Source of the DNA: Candidatus Halarchaeoplasma halalkaliphilum
Lineage (GTDB): Archaea; Thermoplasmatota; Thermoplasmata; Halarchaeoplasmatales; Halarchaeoplasmataceae
NCBI GenBank assembly: GCA_007133925.1
Contig: SLLU01000038.1
Span: 1-42,314, forward strand
DNA: 42,314 bases
Direction: 5' to 3'
This document shows positions 9,190 to 19,109 of the stretch, one piece after another. The position numbers were made by a program, and so were the translations under genes. Below the pieces are notes generated by a model. The model made no database searches and was not told the origin of the DNA. It saw only the letters and a list, made by a program, of their open reading frames with translations. Every line of letters begins with the position of its first letter. Position 1 is the stretch's first letter.

Positions 9190-10002
9190 ATGTCCGAGAC
9201 CCATCACCGAAACCACATGAAAGCCACCCTGGTTCAGAAAAAACACATTCCGGGAGATAAGGAGCACAACCTGGATATCATATCTCAAGCGGCATCATCC
9301 GTGGATACGGACCTGCTTATATTCCCAGAGATGTTCCTCACCGGTTACTCACTTGGAGACGGCCTTTTCGAGATGGCGGAAACCATCCCCGGGCCTTCAT
9401 CCGATCTCATATCCCGCCTGTCCGTTGAGAACGATACCACCATTATATGCGGGATGCCCGAGAAGGAATCTCCAGGGAAGGGGCGGGTATTCAACTCGGC
9501 CCTTGTGACCACCCCCGAAGGGGATATACACAGTTACCGGAAGATACACCTCCCAAATTTCGGTCCTTTCCAGGATAAGCGATACTTCGAGGCGGGTGGC
9601 CAACCATCCCTGATCAGCACCCCGGCGGGAGACCTCGGTGTGATCATATGTTACGACATTTTTTTCCCTGAACTGAGCAAGTACTATGCCATGAATGGAG
9701 CGGACATCATAGTTTGCATCTCGGCATCTCCATCCACTACCCGTGTATTCTTCGAAAGGGTGATGTACGCCAGGGCCATCGAGAACACCTGTTTCTTGCT
9801 TTATTCCAATATGCTGGGAAGAGAAGAGCAGATGATGTTCTGGGGCGGTGCGACTGCCATATCACCCAAGGGTATCGAAATGGCAAAGGCCCCCTATTTC
9901 AGGGAATCCATACTGGATGTAGAATTGCACACGGATGCCGAGGTCGAAAAAGCGAGAAGGGGTCGTCCCGCATTGGACGATACCACCGATCTGTTCAGAT
10001 AA
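9190..10002 (+). CDS. Carbon-nitrogen hydrolase (nitrilase superfamily)
   Basis: Catalytic-triad context: Glu in LIFPEMFLTGY, Lys in YRKIHLP, Cys in VIICYDIFFPE. Start ambiguous: GTG 9166, ATG 9190, or ATG 9217 (MKATLVQ, the best fit by family alignment). Confidence 0.85.
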   Translation: MSETHHRNHMKATLVQKKHIPGDKEHNLDIISQAASSVDTDLLIFPEMFLTGYSLGDGLFEMAETIPGPSSDLISRLSVENDTTIICGMPEKESPGKGRVFNSALVTTPEGDIHSYRKIHLPNFGPFQDKRYFEAGGQPSLISTPAGDLGVIICYDIFFPELSKYYAMNGADIIVCISASPSTTRVFFERVMYARAIENTCFLLYSNMLGREEQMMFWGGATAISPKGIEMAKAPYFRESILDVELHTDAEVEKARRGRPALDDTTDLFR

Positions 10003-10070
10003 TTGTACTTTTTGAGCCTTTACATGAAAAAGATTTAAAATCAACCTCGTGATATACCCCCTTGATTACC

Positions 10071-10328
10071 ATGTTAGAAGAAGTATCGGATATGATAGGT
10101 CTGCAGGTGTACACCAAGACGGGATTGTTCCTTGGCACTGTAAACAACCTAGTGATGGACTTGGAGGAAGGGAAACTCGACGGGATCTTCGTGGGAGATA
10201 CAAATCCCCTATTGGTGGAGGATTCCAAAAGCGTGAACGTTCCCTTCCGATGGGTCAGTGCCGTTGGGGATATAGTACTGCTGCGGTATTTCCCCAAGAG
10301 GGTATCGATTTCCAAACCAGGACAGTGA
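10071..10328 (+). CDS. PRC-barrel domain protein
   Basis: About 85 aa with the pattern GLQVYTKTGLFLGTVNNLVMDLEEGKLDGI ... VGDIVLL, typical of archaeal PRC-barrel proteins. A TATA-like gatttaaaa lies about 35 nt upstream. Confidence 0.7.
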   Translation: MLEEVSDMIGLQVYTKTGLFLGTVNNLVMDLEEGKLDGIFVGDTNPLLVEDSKSVNVPFRWVSAVGDIVLLRYFPKRVSISKPGQ

Positions 10329-10337
10329 GTTGTTTTC

Positions 10338-10847
10338 ATGACTGTCAAGGTACCGGCCTCGTGCTTCGTGGCCAATGATGCAATAATAATCGGAGATGTG
10401 TCTATGGGAGAGGGGTGTAGTGTCTGGTTCAAGGCAGTGATAAGAGGAGATCAGAATAGTATAGAGATCGGAGAGGGTACCAACATACAGGACTGTGCGG
10501 TGGTCCACGTGGATAACGAGCATCCTACCACTATAGGGAAGAACGTTTCAGTGGGGCACGGTGCAGTGGTACACGGATGCACCATAGGAGATCATGTTAT
10601 AGTTGGTATGAACTCAGCCATCCTGAGTGGAGCGAAGGTAGGGAAAGGGTGTATAATAGGGGCTAAAGCCCTGGTCACATCCACCATGGATATACCGGAC
10701 CACAGTTTGGTGGTAGGGGTTCCAGCTAAGGTGATAAAAACCGACGAAAAACTCATGGAAGCCATTAAGGGAAATGCAGAAAGGTACCATGATATGAGGG
10801 ACGCCTACAAAGCGGGTCGGTTCAAGCCCTATACACCGTTTGAGTGA
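10338..10847 (+). CDS. Left-handed beta-helix (hexapeptide) protein, gamma-carbonic-anhydrase / PaaY-like
   Basis: Consecutive hexapeptide repeats (IGDVSMGEGCSVW, IGEGTNIQD, IGKNVSVGHGAVVHG, IGDHVIVGM, VGKGCIIGA) with conserved His positions as in the gamma-CA family. Confidence 0.85.
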   Translation: MTVKVPASCFVANDAIIIGDVSMGEGCSVWFKAVIRGDQNSIEIGEGTNIQDCAVVHVDNEHPTTIGKNVSVGHGAVVHGCTIGDHVIVGMNSAILSGAKVGKGCIIGAKALVTSTMDIPDHSLVVGVPAKVIKTDEKLMEAIKGNAERYHDMRDAYKAGRFKPYTPFE

Positions 10848-11004
10848 AGAAAATTAATCCATCCAGGGCACCTAGGTACCAGAACATCGTCACTATCGTC
10901 AATACCAGTACTACCACGGCCAGTAATTTGATCAAGTGCCATACCAAGGATGCCATTAAAGCCACCACGAGGACCGCCAAGATCAGTATGACGAACAGAG
11001 ACAT
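10822..11004 (-). CDS. Possible small hydrophobic (2-TM) protein
   Basis: 60-aa ORF that is almost entirely hydrophobic. A TATA-like GGTATATATCG lies about 30 nt upstream on the minus strand. No homology recognised. It overlaps the convergent gene end by 26 nt. Confidence 0.35.
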   Translation of the reverse strand: MSLFVILILAVLVVALMASLVWHLIKLLAVVVLVLTIVTMFWYLGALDGLIFFTQTVYRA

Positions 11005-11084
11005 GTTTTTGTAGCACTATTTTACGATATATACCTTACTGATATGTGCCGGATTTTTCCGACTGTTGTCAGACATTATTACCC

Positions 11085-11100
11085 AAAACCTTTATTTAGA
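11085..11100 (+). promoter_or_regulatory. BRE/TATA-like promoter element (AAAACCTTTATTTAGA)
   Basis: A-rich BRE-like stretch plus TTTATTTA, about 55 nt upstream of the ATG at 11152. It is nearly identical to the element at 11563..11577. Confidence 0.4.
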
Positions 11101-11151
11101 CGAAAATGTATGTCATATATAGTGAAATCGTCAGACAAGTAGGTGTTAAGG

Positions 11152-11406
11152 ATGGGATTCATAGGAAGCATAAAAAACAGGAACTGTGTGCTGGACGGGG
11201 ATAAGGATTCAGGCATCCCGGATTTGGTTACCGCTCTTTTAAAGGAAGACTACGATGTTGAGTATGTAACCCTGAGGAACGGCAGGAGGGAGATCAACCT
11301 GAAGAAGGACAGAAAGGGTATCTCCGTTCAGTACAGGGATGGCTCAGGCCATGGGGATCCAAGAGAGGATTTCAGGCTGACCATGGACCTTTTGCAAAAC
11401 AAATAA
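11152..11406 (+). CDS. Hypothetical small protein (84 aa)
   Basis: ATG preceded by AGGTG at the appropriate spacing. The composition is protein-like and charged. No family recognised. Confidence 0.5.
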   Translation: MGFIGSIKNRNCVLDGDKDSGIPDLVTALLKEDYDVEYVTLRNGRREINLKKDRKGISVQYRDGSGHGDPREDFRLTMDLLQNK

Positions 11407-11562
11407 GCGTCTTACTTTTGTCAGACATTTCTGCGATATCGATTAGAGAGAGAGGGGGAAGTTCGCCTATGACATCTATTCATGAGAATGGGGAAGATAT
11501 CTTCCTTTGATAATGTTTCCAGATACCCCGACACAACACCCATATATTGACCAACTTGACCA

Positions 11563-11577
11563 AAACTTTATTTAGAA
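11563..11577 (+). promoter_or_regulatory. BRE/TATA-like promoter element (AAAACTTTATTTAGA) for lonB
   Basis: Lies about 40 nt upstream of the ATG at 11615, consistent with a short-leader or leaderless transcript. Confidence 0.4.
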
Positions 11578-11614
11578 CGGCGTTCCATCAAATCATGGTC
11601 AATCGGTGCTATCA

Positions 11615-13630
11615 ATGACAGAAAAGGATGCCACAGACAGCGGAGTCGTCCGGAAAAATGAAACGTTGCCACCTGTGAACGAGTGGATAAAGGGGGTAGG
11701 GATCAAAACATCCAAGGACATACCAGTTCCCGAACTACTTGCGGAACAGGTGATAGGTCAGGACGAAGCTGTAAGCGTGGTTAAGAAAGCTGCAAAGCAG
11801 CACCGGCACGTCATGCTCATAGGGCCTCCAGGTACAGGTAAATCCATGTTGGCCCAGTCCATGATCGACTTTTTACCAGCCAGTGACATGGAGGATATAC
11901 TGTGCTTTCCCAACGAGGATGACGAGAACTGCCCAAAGGTAAGAACGGTGCCCGCAGGAAAGGGAAAGGATATCGTTGACGCCCACAGGAGAGAAGCATC
12001 CAAGAGAGTACAGGCCAAGAGCCAGGGTCTGCTTATCATACTGGCACTTGTGATAGGCGCGGCGGTCCTTATATCGATCTTAACTGGTAATTTTCTAATC
12101 ATGTTCTTCGGAATAATCGCAGCGGCCATGCTGCTCATTGCCATGCGCGCTTCTCCCCTGGGAATGGGGAACGAGATGGAAAAGCAAGTACCGAAGCTGC
12201 TAATTGGTCACAAACCCGGTGACAAGCCACCCTTCATCGACGCTACAGGGAGTCAGGCCGGAGCGCTCTTGGGGGATGTTAAGCACGATCCGTTCCAGAG
12301 CGGAGGCCTGGAAACACCTTCCCATCAAAGGGTCGAAGTTGGTGCCATACACGAAGCTCACAAAGGAGTTCTTTTCATAGATGAGATTAACATGCTCCGT
12401 ATGTCATCCCAGCAGAGCCTTCTCACGGCCATGCAAGAAAGAAGGTTCTCGATAACAGGCCAGAGTGAAAGGAGCAGTGGAGCCATGGTCAAATCCGAGG
12501 CGGTCCCCACGGACTTCATACTTGTGGCCGCGGGAAATCTAGATTCCATATACGGTTCACCGGAGACCGCAGGAGGTATGCATCCTGCCCTGCGCTCCAG
12601 GGTGAGGGGTTACGGATACGAGGTATATGTGAACGACACCATGGATGATACCCACAGTAATCGCATGAAGCTTCTGCGCTTCATAGCCCAGGAGATAGAA
12701 AAGGACAAGAAAAAGATACCTCACTTCTCCCCAAAGGCCATGGCAGAGGTACTCAGGGAGGCCCAAAGGAGGGCGAACAAACGGGGTGAACTCACACTGA
12801 GGCTCAGGGAGCTTGGAGGATTGGTCAGAGTCTCCGGGGATCTGGCATCCGAAAGGGGACATAAGATGGTGGTCGAGCAGGATGTTGTTGATGCAAAGAA
12901 TATCGCCCGTTCCCTGGAACAACAAGTGGCGGACAGGTATATCAAAAGGAGAAAGGAATACAGCACTTACCAAACCAGAGGTTCAGTGGTGGGCGTGGTC
13001 AATGGTCTGGCTGCCCTAGGAGGCGATCAGGCAGGTATATCAGAGTACTCAGGGATACTGCTGCCCATTGCGGCCGAGGTGACGCCCGCACACTCCCGGG
13101 ACGAGGGGAAGATAGTGGCCACCGGGAAACTGGGGGATATAGCAAAAGAGGCAGTGCAGAACGTTTCCGCCCTTGTGAAGAAGTACACAGGAGAGGACAT
13201 ATCCCGATACGATGTCCACATACAGTTCATAGGTACACAGGAGGGGGTGGAAGGGGATTCCGCCTCAATATCCGTTGCCACAGCGGTGATATCGGCCCTG
13301 GAGGGCATACCCATTGACCAGAACGTAGCCATGACCGGTTCATTGAGCGTTAGAGGACAGGTACTGCCAGTGGGAGCGGTAACGGCAAAGATAGAGGCAG
13401 CTGCGGAGACTGGTATCAAACGGGTGATCATACCCAAGACCAACCTAAGAGATGTGGTTCTCGAGAAAAGGTATGAGGGTAAGATAGAGATAATACCTGT
13501 TGACAACCTGGGAGAGGTACTCGATAATGCACTCATAGGGGAGAACAAAAAGAAACTCCTGGAAAAACTGACTTCACTGCTCGAGATAAAGACCATACAC
13601 ATACCCGCGGACCAGCCCGCTATCCATTGA
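11615..13630 (+). CDS. lonB: Archaeal membrane-bound Lon protease (LonB)
   Basis: AAA+ Walker A GPPGTGKS. Two TM helices are inserted in the ATPase domain ([18 protein letters not shown] / [14 protein letters not shown]). Walker B LFIDEI. The protease domain has [16 protein letters not shown] (catalytic Ser) and a downstream Lys. The ORF track starts at the GTG at 11606. Confidence 0.93.
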   Translation: MTEKDATDSGVVRKNETLPPVNEWIKGVGIKTSKDIPVPELLAEQVIGQDEAVSVVKKAAKQHRHVMLIGPPGTGKSMLAQSMIDFLPASDMEDILCFPNEDDENCPKVRTVPAGKGKDIVDAHRREASKRVQAKSQGLLIILALVIGAAVLISILTGNFLIMFFGIIAAAMLLIAMRASPLGMGNEMEKQVPKLLIGHKPGDKPPFIDATGSQAGALLGDVKHDPFQSGGLETPSHQRVEVGAIHEAHKGVLFIDEINMLRMSSQQSLLTAMQERRFSITGQSERSSGAMVKSEAVPTDFILVAAGNLDSIYGSPETAGGMHPALRSRVRGYGYEVYVNDTMDDTHSNRMKLLRFIAQEIEKDKKKIPHFSPKAMAEVLREAQRRANKRGELTLRLRELGGLVRVSGDLASERGHKMVVEQDVVDAKNIARSLEQQVADRYIKRRKEYSTYQTRGSVVGVVNGLAALGGDQAGISEYSGILLPIAAEVTPAHSRDEGKIVATGKLGDIAKEAVQNVSALVKKYTGEDISRYDVHIQFIGTQEGVEGDSASISVATAVISALEGIPIDQNVAMTGSLSVRGQVLPVGAVTAKIEAAAETGIKRVIIPKTNLRDVVLEKRYEGKIEIIPVDNLGEVLDNALIGENKKKLLEKLTSLLEIKTIHIPADQPAIH

Positions 13631-13643
13631 TGGTGATTGGGAT

Positions 13644-16394
13644 TTGGGTGCTTTTGATCTACTTTCCGGAGATATTCACCATATCCTGACGGAACTGGGT
13701 ATAGAATCCGAAACCCGGGCCCAGGAGGAAGCCATACCATACATAATGAAGGGAGAACATACGCTGGTGATAGCTCCCACGGGAGTGGGGAAGACCGAAG
13801 CCGCACTTCTGCCTCTCCTGGAGAAACTCAGAAAAGAGAAAAAACCCGGTTTCCGGCTTCTGTATATAACACCCCTGAAAGCGCTCAACAGGGACATGGT
13901 GAGGAGGATCCAGTTCTTCGCGGATCGACTGGATATGACCGTATCGGTACGGCACGGGGATACCTCAAAGGCCGAACGTGCCAAGCAGTCCCGGTCTCCT
14001 CCCGATGTACTGATCACTACCCCCGAAACCCTCCAGATCATGTTCACCGGACACCTTCTGAGAAAGGCCCTTGGTAGGGTGGAGTACGTTGTGGTGGACG
14101 AGCTTAATGAACTTGCCTCCGACGAGAGGGGCAGTCAGCTCGCCCTTGCTCTGGAGAGACTGGTGGAACTGACCGGTAAGAGATTCCAACGTGTTGGGCT
14201 TTCCGCTACGGTTGGGAGTCCCGAAAAGGTGTTGAATTTCCTTGTGGGAACCCAGGGAGAGGGAAAGATCGTGGAGATATCGGGAAAGGGCAGCACCGAG
14301 ATCCGAGTGGTGTACCCCTTACCGGAAGATGGGGATAAGGAACTGGCAGAGATCATGCGATGCGAGCTTGAAGGGGCCTCTACTGTGAGGATATGTCGAG
14401 AGCTCATAGACGCACACCTCTCGGTACTGATATTCGTGAATACCCGGGATTCGGCTGAAGCCTTGACTTCCCGCTTCCACCTGTGGTTACCGGATTTCCC
14501 CTTGGGCGTTCACCATGGCTCTTTATCCAGAGAAGCGAGGATGGATGCCGAGGAACGTTTCAAAAAGGGTGAATTGAAGGCCCTTGTTTGCACTTCTTCC
14601 ATGGAGTTGGGTCTGGATATGGGGGATACGGACCTGGTCATACAGTATCAATCTCCAAGGCAGGTCACACGGATGGTGCAGAGGGTGGGCCGTTCCGGAC
14701 ACCGCATAGGTTTGACCTCAAAGGGGGTTATAGTGGTAACACCAGAGGATGAGATAGGGGAATCAGTGGTCATCGCAGAGGGTACACTGGAAAGGGACCT
14801 GGAATCCACCGAGATACCCCAGAAGCCCATGAGCGTCCTGGCAAACCAGCTCATATCCGCGGTTAACTCCGAGAGAAGGTTGGACATGAGAAAATTTTTT
14901 GATATGGCCAGGAGGGCATATCCCTTCAGAGAACTCACATGGGACGAATACGTCGAAATGGTTGAGCAACTCCAGGAGATCAGGGTGCTGTGGAAGGAAG
15001 GAGAAGAAGTGGGAAAACGCCGGGCATCCCTTAGATATTTCTACGATAACATTTCAATGATACCTGACGAGAAGACTTTCCTTCTGAAAGATATATCCAA
15101 GAACTCATTGGTGGGTACCCTGGACGAGAGTTTCGTGGCCAGCAACATCGAACTCGGAGGGGTGATCACCCTACAAGGAAGGGCATGGAGGGTGGTTGAC
15201 ATAGACGAGGATACGGTCATAGCTCATCCGGTATCGGACCAGGGAAAGATACCGGACTGGTCAGGCGAGGATATACCTGTCCCCTTCCATATAGCAAGGA
15301 GGGTAGGTGAACTGCGTCGGAAGGGAATCCACGACCATCAGTTAATGGAAAAAGGAGCGGAAGATCGTTTTATGGAATATCTGGTATCCCAGCCTCCATA
15401 TCCCATGGGTACCGGGGATACAATAGTCATAGAGACCGGATCAGATACCGTAGTGGTAAACGCATGCTTCGGAAGCAGGGTTAACGAGACCCTGGGGCGC
15501 TTGATCGCCGCACTGCTCTCCGCCCGGTTGGGTGAAAGCGTCGCGGTGCACACTGACCCCTACAGGGTGATGCTCAAGGTTCCCAGGAGGGTACCCCCGG
15601 CCATGGTGGAGGATATATTGAAGAAAACAAAGCCCGAACACCTGGAGGATATCCTCCGTATGGCCATAAAGCGGTCTCCCTTTTTCAGGTGGAGATTTCT
15701 TCATGTTGCAAAAAAATTCGGAGCGGTAAGAAAGGATGTTGATTACCGTTCCCTGGCCCTGGACCGTCTCATGGAAACCTTCGAGAACACTGTGATGTAC
15801 CAGGAAGCCCTGGACAAGGTATTCAGGGATAATCTCAGCATAGAGAAAACAAAAATGGTCCTAGAGCATATATCCAATGGAGACATGTCCGTTGTGATCT
15901 CCACCTCCGGATTGTCACCCGTGGGGAGAGCCGGACTGGAAAAAAACATGGAACTCATGGACACCAGCAGCGTGAGCCAGGCAGTCCTGGATTCCTACAA
16001 AAAAAGACTCGAGGGAGAGACCCTTATCCTTAAATGTCTTAAATGTGGGAGCGAAAGGAGGCGAATGGTAAGGGACATAGACAAACCGCGATGTCATCTC
16101 TGCGGAGCATCCATGGTCTCTCTCCTGAACAGGTATCACGACGCATCCCTGTTGAAAAAAGACCCTATGGACCTGGATGCGGATGAAAGAAGGAAGGTGA
16201 AGGAATTCTACAAGCTCGCTGATCTGGGCAGGGTTTACAGGAACAAAGCGGCCTTAGCTCTGGCGGCTAGGGGTGTCGGGCATGACAAAGCCGCCAGGAT
16301 ACTGGCAAGGGAACACAGAGACGAGGCCGAATTTCTCAAAGCACTCCTGGAAGCGGAGATACTCTATGCCCGGACGAAACGCTTCTGGGATTGA
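13644..16394 (+). CDS. lhr: Lhr-family superfamily-2 ATP-dependent helicase with a C-terminal Zn-ribbon
   Basis: Motif I APTGVGKTEA; motif II VVVDELNE (DExH-like); motif III SATV; motif VI QRVGRSGHR. A long Lhr-type C-terminal extension carries CLKCGS..CHLCGA. The TTG start is preceded by GGTGAT. Confidence 0.85.
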   Translation: MGAFDLLSGDIHHILTELGIESETRAQEEAIPYIMKGEHTLVIAPTGVGKTEAALLPLLEKLRKEKKPGFRLLYITPLKALNRDMVRRIQFFADRLDMTVSVRHGDTSKAERAKQSRSPPDVLITTPETLQIMFTGHLLRKALGRVEYVVVDELNELASDERGSQLALALERLVELTGKRFQRVGLSATVGSPEKVLNFLVGTQGEGKIVEISGKGSTEIRVVYPLPEDGDKELAEIMRCELEGASTVRICRELIDAHLSVLIFVNTRDSAEALTSRFHLWLPDFPLGVHHGSLSREARMDAEERFKKGELKALVCTSSMELGLDMGDTDLVIQYQSPRQVTRMVQRVGRSGHRIGLTSKGVIVVTPEDEIGESVVIAEGTLERDLESTEIPQKPMSVLANQLISAVNSERRLDMRKFFDMARRAYPFRELTWDEYVEMVEQLQEIRVLWKEGEEVGKRRASLRYFYDNISMIPDEKTFLLKDISKNSLVGTLDESFVASNIELGGVITLQGRAWRVVDIDEDTVIAHPVSDQGKIPDWSGEDIPVPFHIARRVGELRRKGIHDHQLMEKGAEDRFMEYLVSQPPYPMGTGDTIVIETGSDTVVVNACFGSRVNETLGRLIAALLSARLGESVAVHTDPYRVMLKVPRRVPPAMVEDILKKTKPEHLEDILRMAIKRSPFFRWRFLHVAKKFGAVRKDVDYRSLALDRLMETFENTVMYQEALDKVFRDNLSIEKTKMVLEHISNGDMSVVISTSGLSPVGRAGLEKNMELMDTSSVSQAVLDSYKKRLEGETLILKCLKCGSERRRMVRDIDKPRCHLCGASMVSLLNRYHDASLLKKDPMDLDADERRKVKEFYKLADLGRVYRNKAALALAARGVGHDKAARILAREHRDEAEFLKALLEAEILYARTKRFWD

Positions 16395-16460
16395 TTTATT
16401 TGCGATGTGTTTAAATATATTCGGAGGTGTCTAAGCATCATGTTATTCGAAAATTGTACC

Positions 16461-16473
16461 AAAGTATATATAC
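16461..16473 (+). promoter_or_regulatory. TATA-like element (AAAGTATATATAC)
   Basis: About 57 nt upstream of the ATG at 16530. It is followed immediately by the inverted repeat at 16475..16491. Confidence 0.35.
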
Positions 16474-16529
16474 AGGTTATTACGAATAACCCTATAAGTC
16501 GTTCCATTTATACCCCCGAGGAATAATTC

Positions 16530-19106
16530 ATGGATGAAAACAATAAAGAAACCATGGAAAAGGAGATAGCATCCTTGATGACGGTTCCCTCCATAGGCGA
16601 ACTGACTGCCCGAGCATTGATCAAAGGAGGTTTTAATGACATCGGATCAATTGAAGAGGCAGGTTTTGAAAAAATCAGCAAGCTGGAAGGCATGGGTGAG
16701 AACAAGGCAAAAGGGATACTGGATGAGATAAGGGGGATCATACCCGGTTCCGCGGATGTGAGCGCAGAGTTCATTTGCCCAGGGTGTGGTGCCATTTTAA
16801 GTCTAAACTCGGAGATGTGCCCAGAGTGCGACGCGAGTTACTCCACGGAGGAGGAGGTGTTCCTACCGGGAGGTATACTCCTTGATGATCCTTTGGAAAC
16901 CCTTTCTGAATATGATGTAAAGATCACCGACGGGGAGGATGACGAAGATGTGTGGTTCGGACGTGGTGCTATACTGGAATGTATGGGAGCCTACGAAGCA
17001 GCCTACGAATCCTTCGATATGGTTATCGAATTCGATCCGTTGTACGATCAGATCTGGAACGCACGAGCCCGGCTTGCCATGAAGCTAGGAAAGATAGAAG
17101 AAGCTGCCAGAGCATACAAGCTTGTCGTGAACTCCAAGATGGAAGGGTTGGAAGTTCTCCAGAACATGTATTTCGGTGGACAGGACGAAGAGGATATACC
17201 AAAAAAGGTACATTCCATAGAGGCCGAGGTGGTGGAACAATCCCTGGCAAAGGCACGGAGGGAGATATCAGATCTGAAAGGAAAAACGGAATATGTGGAT
17301 AATCTGCAAGATATACTGGGTGAAGCTTCCAAGGCACGTAACGTGGACGATCGGGAAAAAGCGGTGGAATTGGCTAATGAGGTTACGGATAAGATCGCAG
17401 CTCTCAAAGAGACACTGCCACTATTGGAAGAGATCCAGGAAAAACTGGCGCTATTCGAAGATGACGAGAAGAATCTGGAGATGTTCTACAACAGATTCCA
17501 GGAATTGATACAGGGTATACAGGAAGGTTTGTTCACGGAGATGGTTGAAAAGGCGAAGGGTATCCATGGAGATATGAGCGAACTGCTGCAGGATGGAAGC
17601 ACCGTGGAGGAGGCTGCGAAACCCGAGATCACACTCAAAGAAGATATCGTTGAGGAAGATAGTCTGCCCGAAGAGGAAACAGGAGTGGAAGAACCGCTAT
17701 CCGAACCAGAAACAGAGGCGGAAGAACCAATACCAGAACAGGAAACAGAAGTGGAAGAACCACTACCCGAACAGGAAACAGAGACTGCAGATGAATTCCA
17801 TGACGCTCTGGAGGATGCCAGGAAGTTACAGGAAGAAACCGATGAATACATAGCCGAACAAAAATCCTTGACAGATGTGGAGACACCGGAACAGATCACC
17901 CAAGGTTTATCTGAAGCGGAGTTGGAGGAGGTCCTTTCCGATGCTAGGAACGCCCTGGCCGAGGCAAGAGACACCGGTCTCAGGCTGGATAATATTAAAA
18001 CCACTCTCAAAGCGGCTTTGGAGTTAAAAAATGAAGGAGCCCTTGAAGAAGCCAGGGAAAGGATGGAACAGGTCATCAATGACTCAAAGTTGGTTACAGA
18101 TATATTCGGGATACTCGAATGGGGGAAAAAATACGTTATGCGTATGAAAGATTCTGATATGGAGTTTAAACTTCATCTCAACAAGCTTAAGGAAATAAAG
18201 GCCCTTGGCGACCAAGGGGATTACCAGGACGCAATATCCCAGGGAGAAATAGCTCTCAGAGATATGAGGAATATTCTGGGTATAGAAGAAGAGGAGGAGA
18301 TGCAGTATCCGAGACCCGAGCAGGGGGATGTGTCAGATGGAGAGAAGGAAAAAAACCTCAAGAAGGGTATAGAGGATTTGAAAAAACTCATAGTATTGGC
18401 AAGGACCAACCATATGGATGTGACCAAGGTGGGTGAGCTGATCAACTCAGCCATGATATCCGCCAACAAAGAGTCTTACGAGGAGGCGATCTACTTCATG
18501 AAAGAAGGAACCGTTCGCATGAAGGAACAGATAGATGAATTCCTTTCTGAGAAGATCCAGTATCTGGAAAATATGATGGAGAGACCCGATGAGGATGGGT
18601 TAATGAAAGAATGCCCGAAATATCTGGAATCCGCCCGTAAGGCCTGGGAATCCGGGGAATACGATTCCGCCATCGAACAAGTGAAGAAAGGGCAAAAATT
18701 ATGCGAGGCGGCTAAAACCCCCGTGGACGTGGCCAGGGACAAGATAAAAGAACTGGAGCAGCTGGTGGAGGATGCGGAATTCATAGGGATGGACATGAAA
18801 AAAGAACGCAGGATCCTCCATGATGCCATGGGGAACATAGAAAGTGCTCCAACTGACGATGCCATGGCCAAGGCCCTGAAGACGGAGGTCGAGAGGGAAA
18901 TAATGAAAGATTTGCCAGATAAGCTTAAGGTAGCCATGAAAAATGCCCAGAAGGACCTCCAGGATGCAAAGGTTTCAGGAAAGAACATCTCCAATCAGAT
19001 CTACCTTTTAAAGCAAGTGAATATCGACGCAAAAGAAGAAAACATCATAAAAAGCGTCAAATACCTCAAAAAATACAAAAATGATATGCGCGATATGGCG
19101 GAATGA
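16530..19106 (+). CDS. Acidic coiled-coil protein with N-terminal 2xHhH, Zn-ribbon and TPR-like segments; function unknown
   Basis: HhH pairs (VPSIGELTARALIKGG; LEGMGENKAKGIL). Zn-ribbon CPGCG..x12..CPECD. TPR-like helices (WFGRGAILECMGAYEAAYESF..). These are followed by about 650 aa of E/K-rich helical sequence. The GAGG before the ATG is SD-like. Confidence 0.8.
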   Translation: MDENNKETMEKEIASLMTVPSIGELTARALIKGGFNDIGSIEEAGFEKISKLEGMGENKAKGILDEIRGIIPGSADVSAEFICPGCGAILSLNSEMCPECDASYSTEEEVFLPGGILLDDPLETLSEYDVKITDGEDDEDVWFGRGAILECMGAYEAAYESFDMVIEFDPLYDQIWNARARLAMKLGKIEEAARAYKLVVNSKMEGLEVLQNMYFGGQDEEDIPKKVHSIEAEVVEQSLAKARREISDLKGKTEYVDNLQDILGEASKARNVDDREKAVELANEVTDKIAALKETLPLLEEIQEKLALFEDDEKNLEMFYNRFQELIQGIQEGLFTEMVEKAKGIHGDMSELLQDGSTVEEAAKPEITLKEDIVEEDSLPEEETGVEEPLSEPETEAEEPIPEQETEVEEPLPEQETETADEFHDALEDARKLQEETDEYIAEQKSLTDVETPEQITQGLSEAELEEVLSDARNALAEARDTGLRLDNIKTTLKAALELKNEGALEEARERMEQVINDSKLVTDIFGILEWGKKYVMRMKDSDMEFKLHLNKLKEIKALGDQGDYQDAISQGEIALRDMRNILGIEEEEEMQYPRPEQGDVSDGEKEKNLKKGIEDLKKLIVLARTNHMDVTKVGELINSAMISANKESYEEAIYFMKEGTVRMKEQIDEFLSEKIQYLENMMERPDEDGLMKECPKYLESARKAWESGEYDSAIEQVKKGQKLCEAAKTPVDVARDKIKELEQLVEDAEFIGMDMKKERRILHDAMGNIESAPTDDAMAKALKTEVEREIMKDLPDKLKVAMKNAQKDLQDAKVSGKNISNQIYLLKQVNIDAKEENIIKSVKYLKKYKNDMRDMAE
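17666..17790 (+). repeat. Four tandem 33-nt (11-aa) repeats inside the coiled-coil gene
   Basis: The anchor string (g/a)gaaaca recurs at 17675, 17708, 17741 and 17774, an exact 33-nt period. It encodes PEEETGVEEPLS / EPETEAEEPIP / EQETEVEEPLP / EQETETADE. Confidence 0.8.
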
Positions 19107-19109
19107 CTT

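Noticed and set aside
13027-13806. 259-aa minus-strand ORF spanning the lonB/lhr junction.
   Set aside because: It is antisense to two strongly conserved genes. It has a Ser/Pro-rich low-complexity composition and no motifs, so it is a shadow ORF.
17486-18079. 197-aa Ser-rich minus ORF inside the coiled-coil gene.
   Set aside because: It is the mirror image of the GAA/GAG-rich sense strand (Glu codons read as Ser/Phe/Leu on the antisense), which is an expected artefact.
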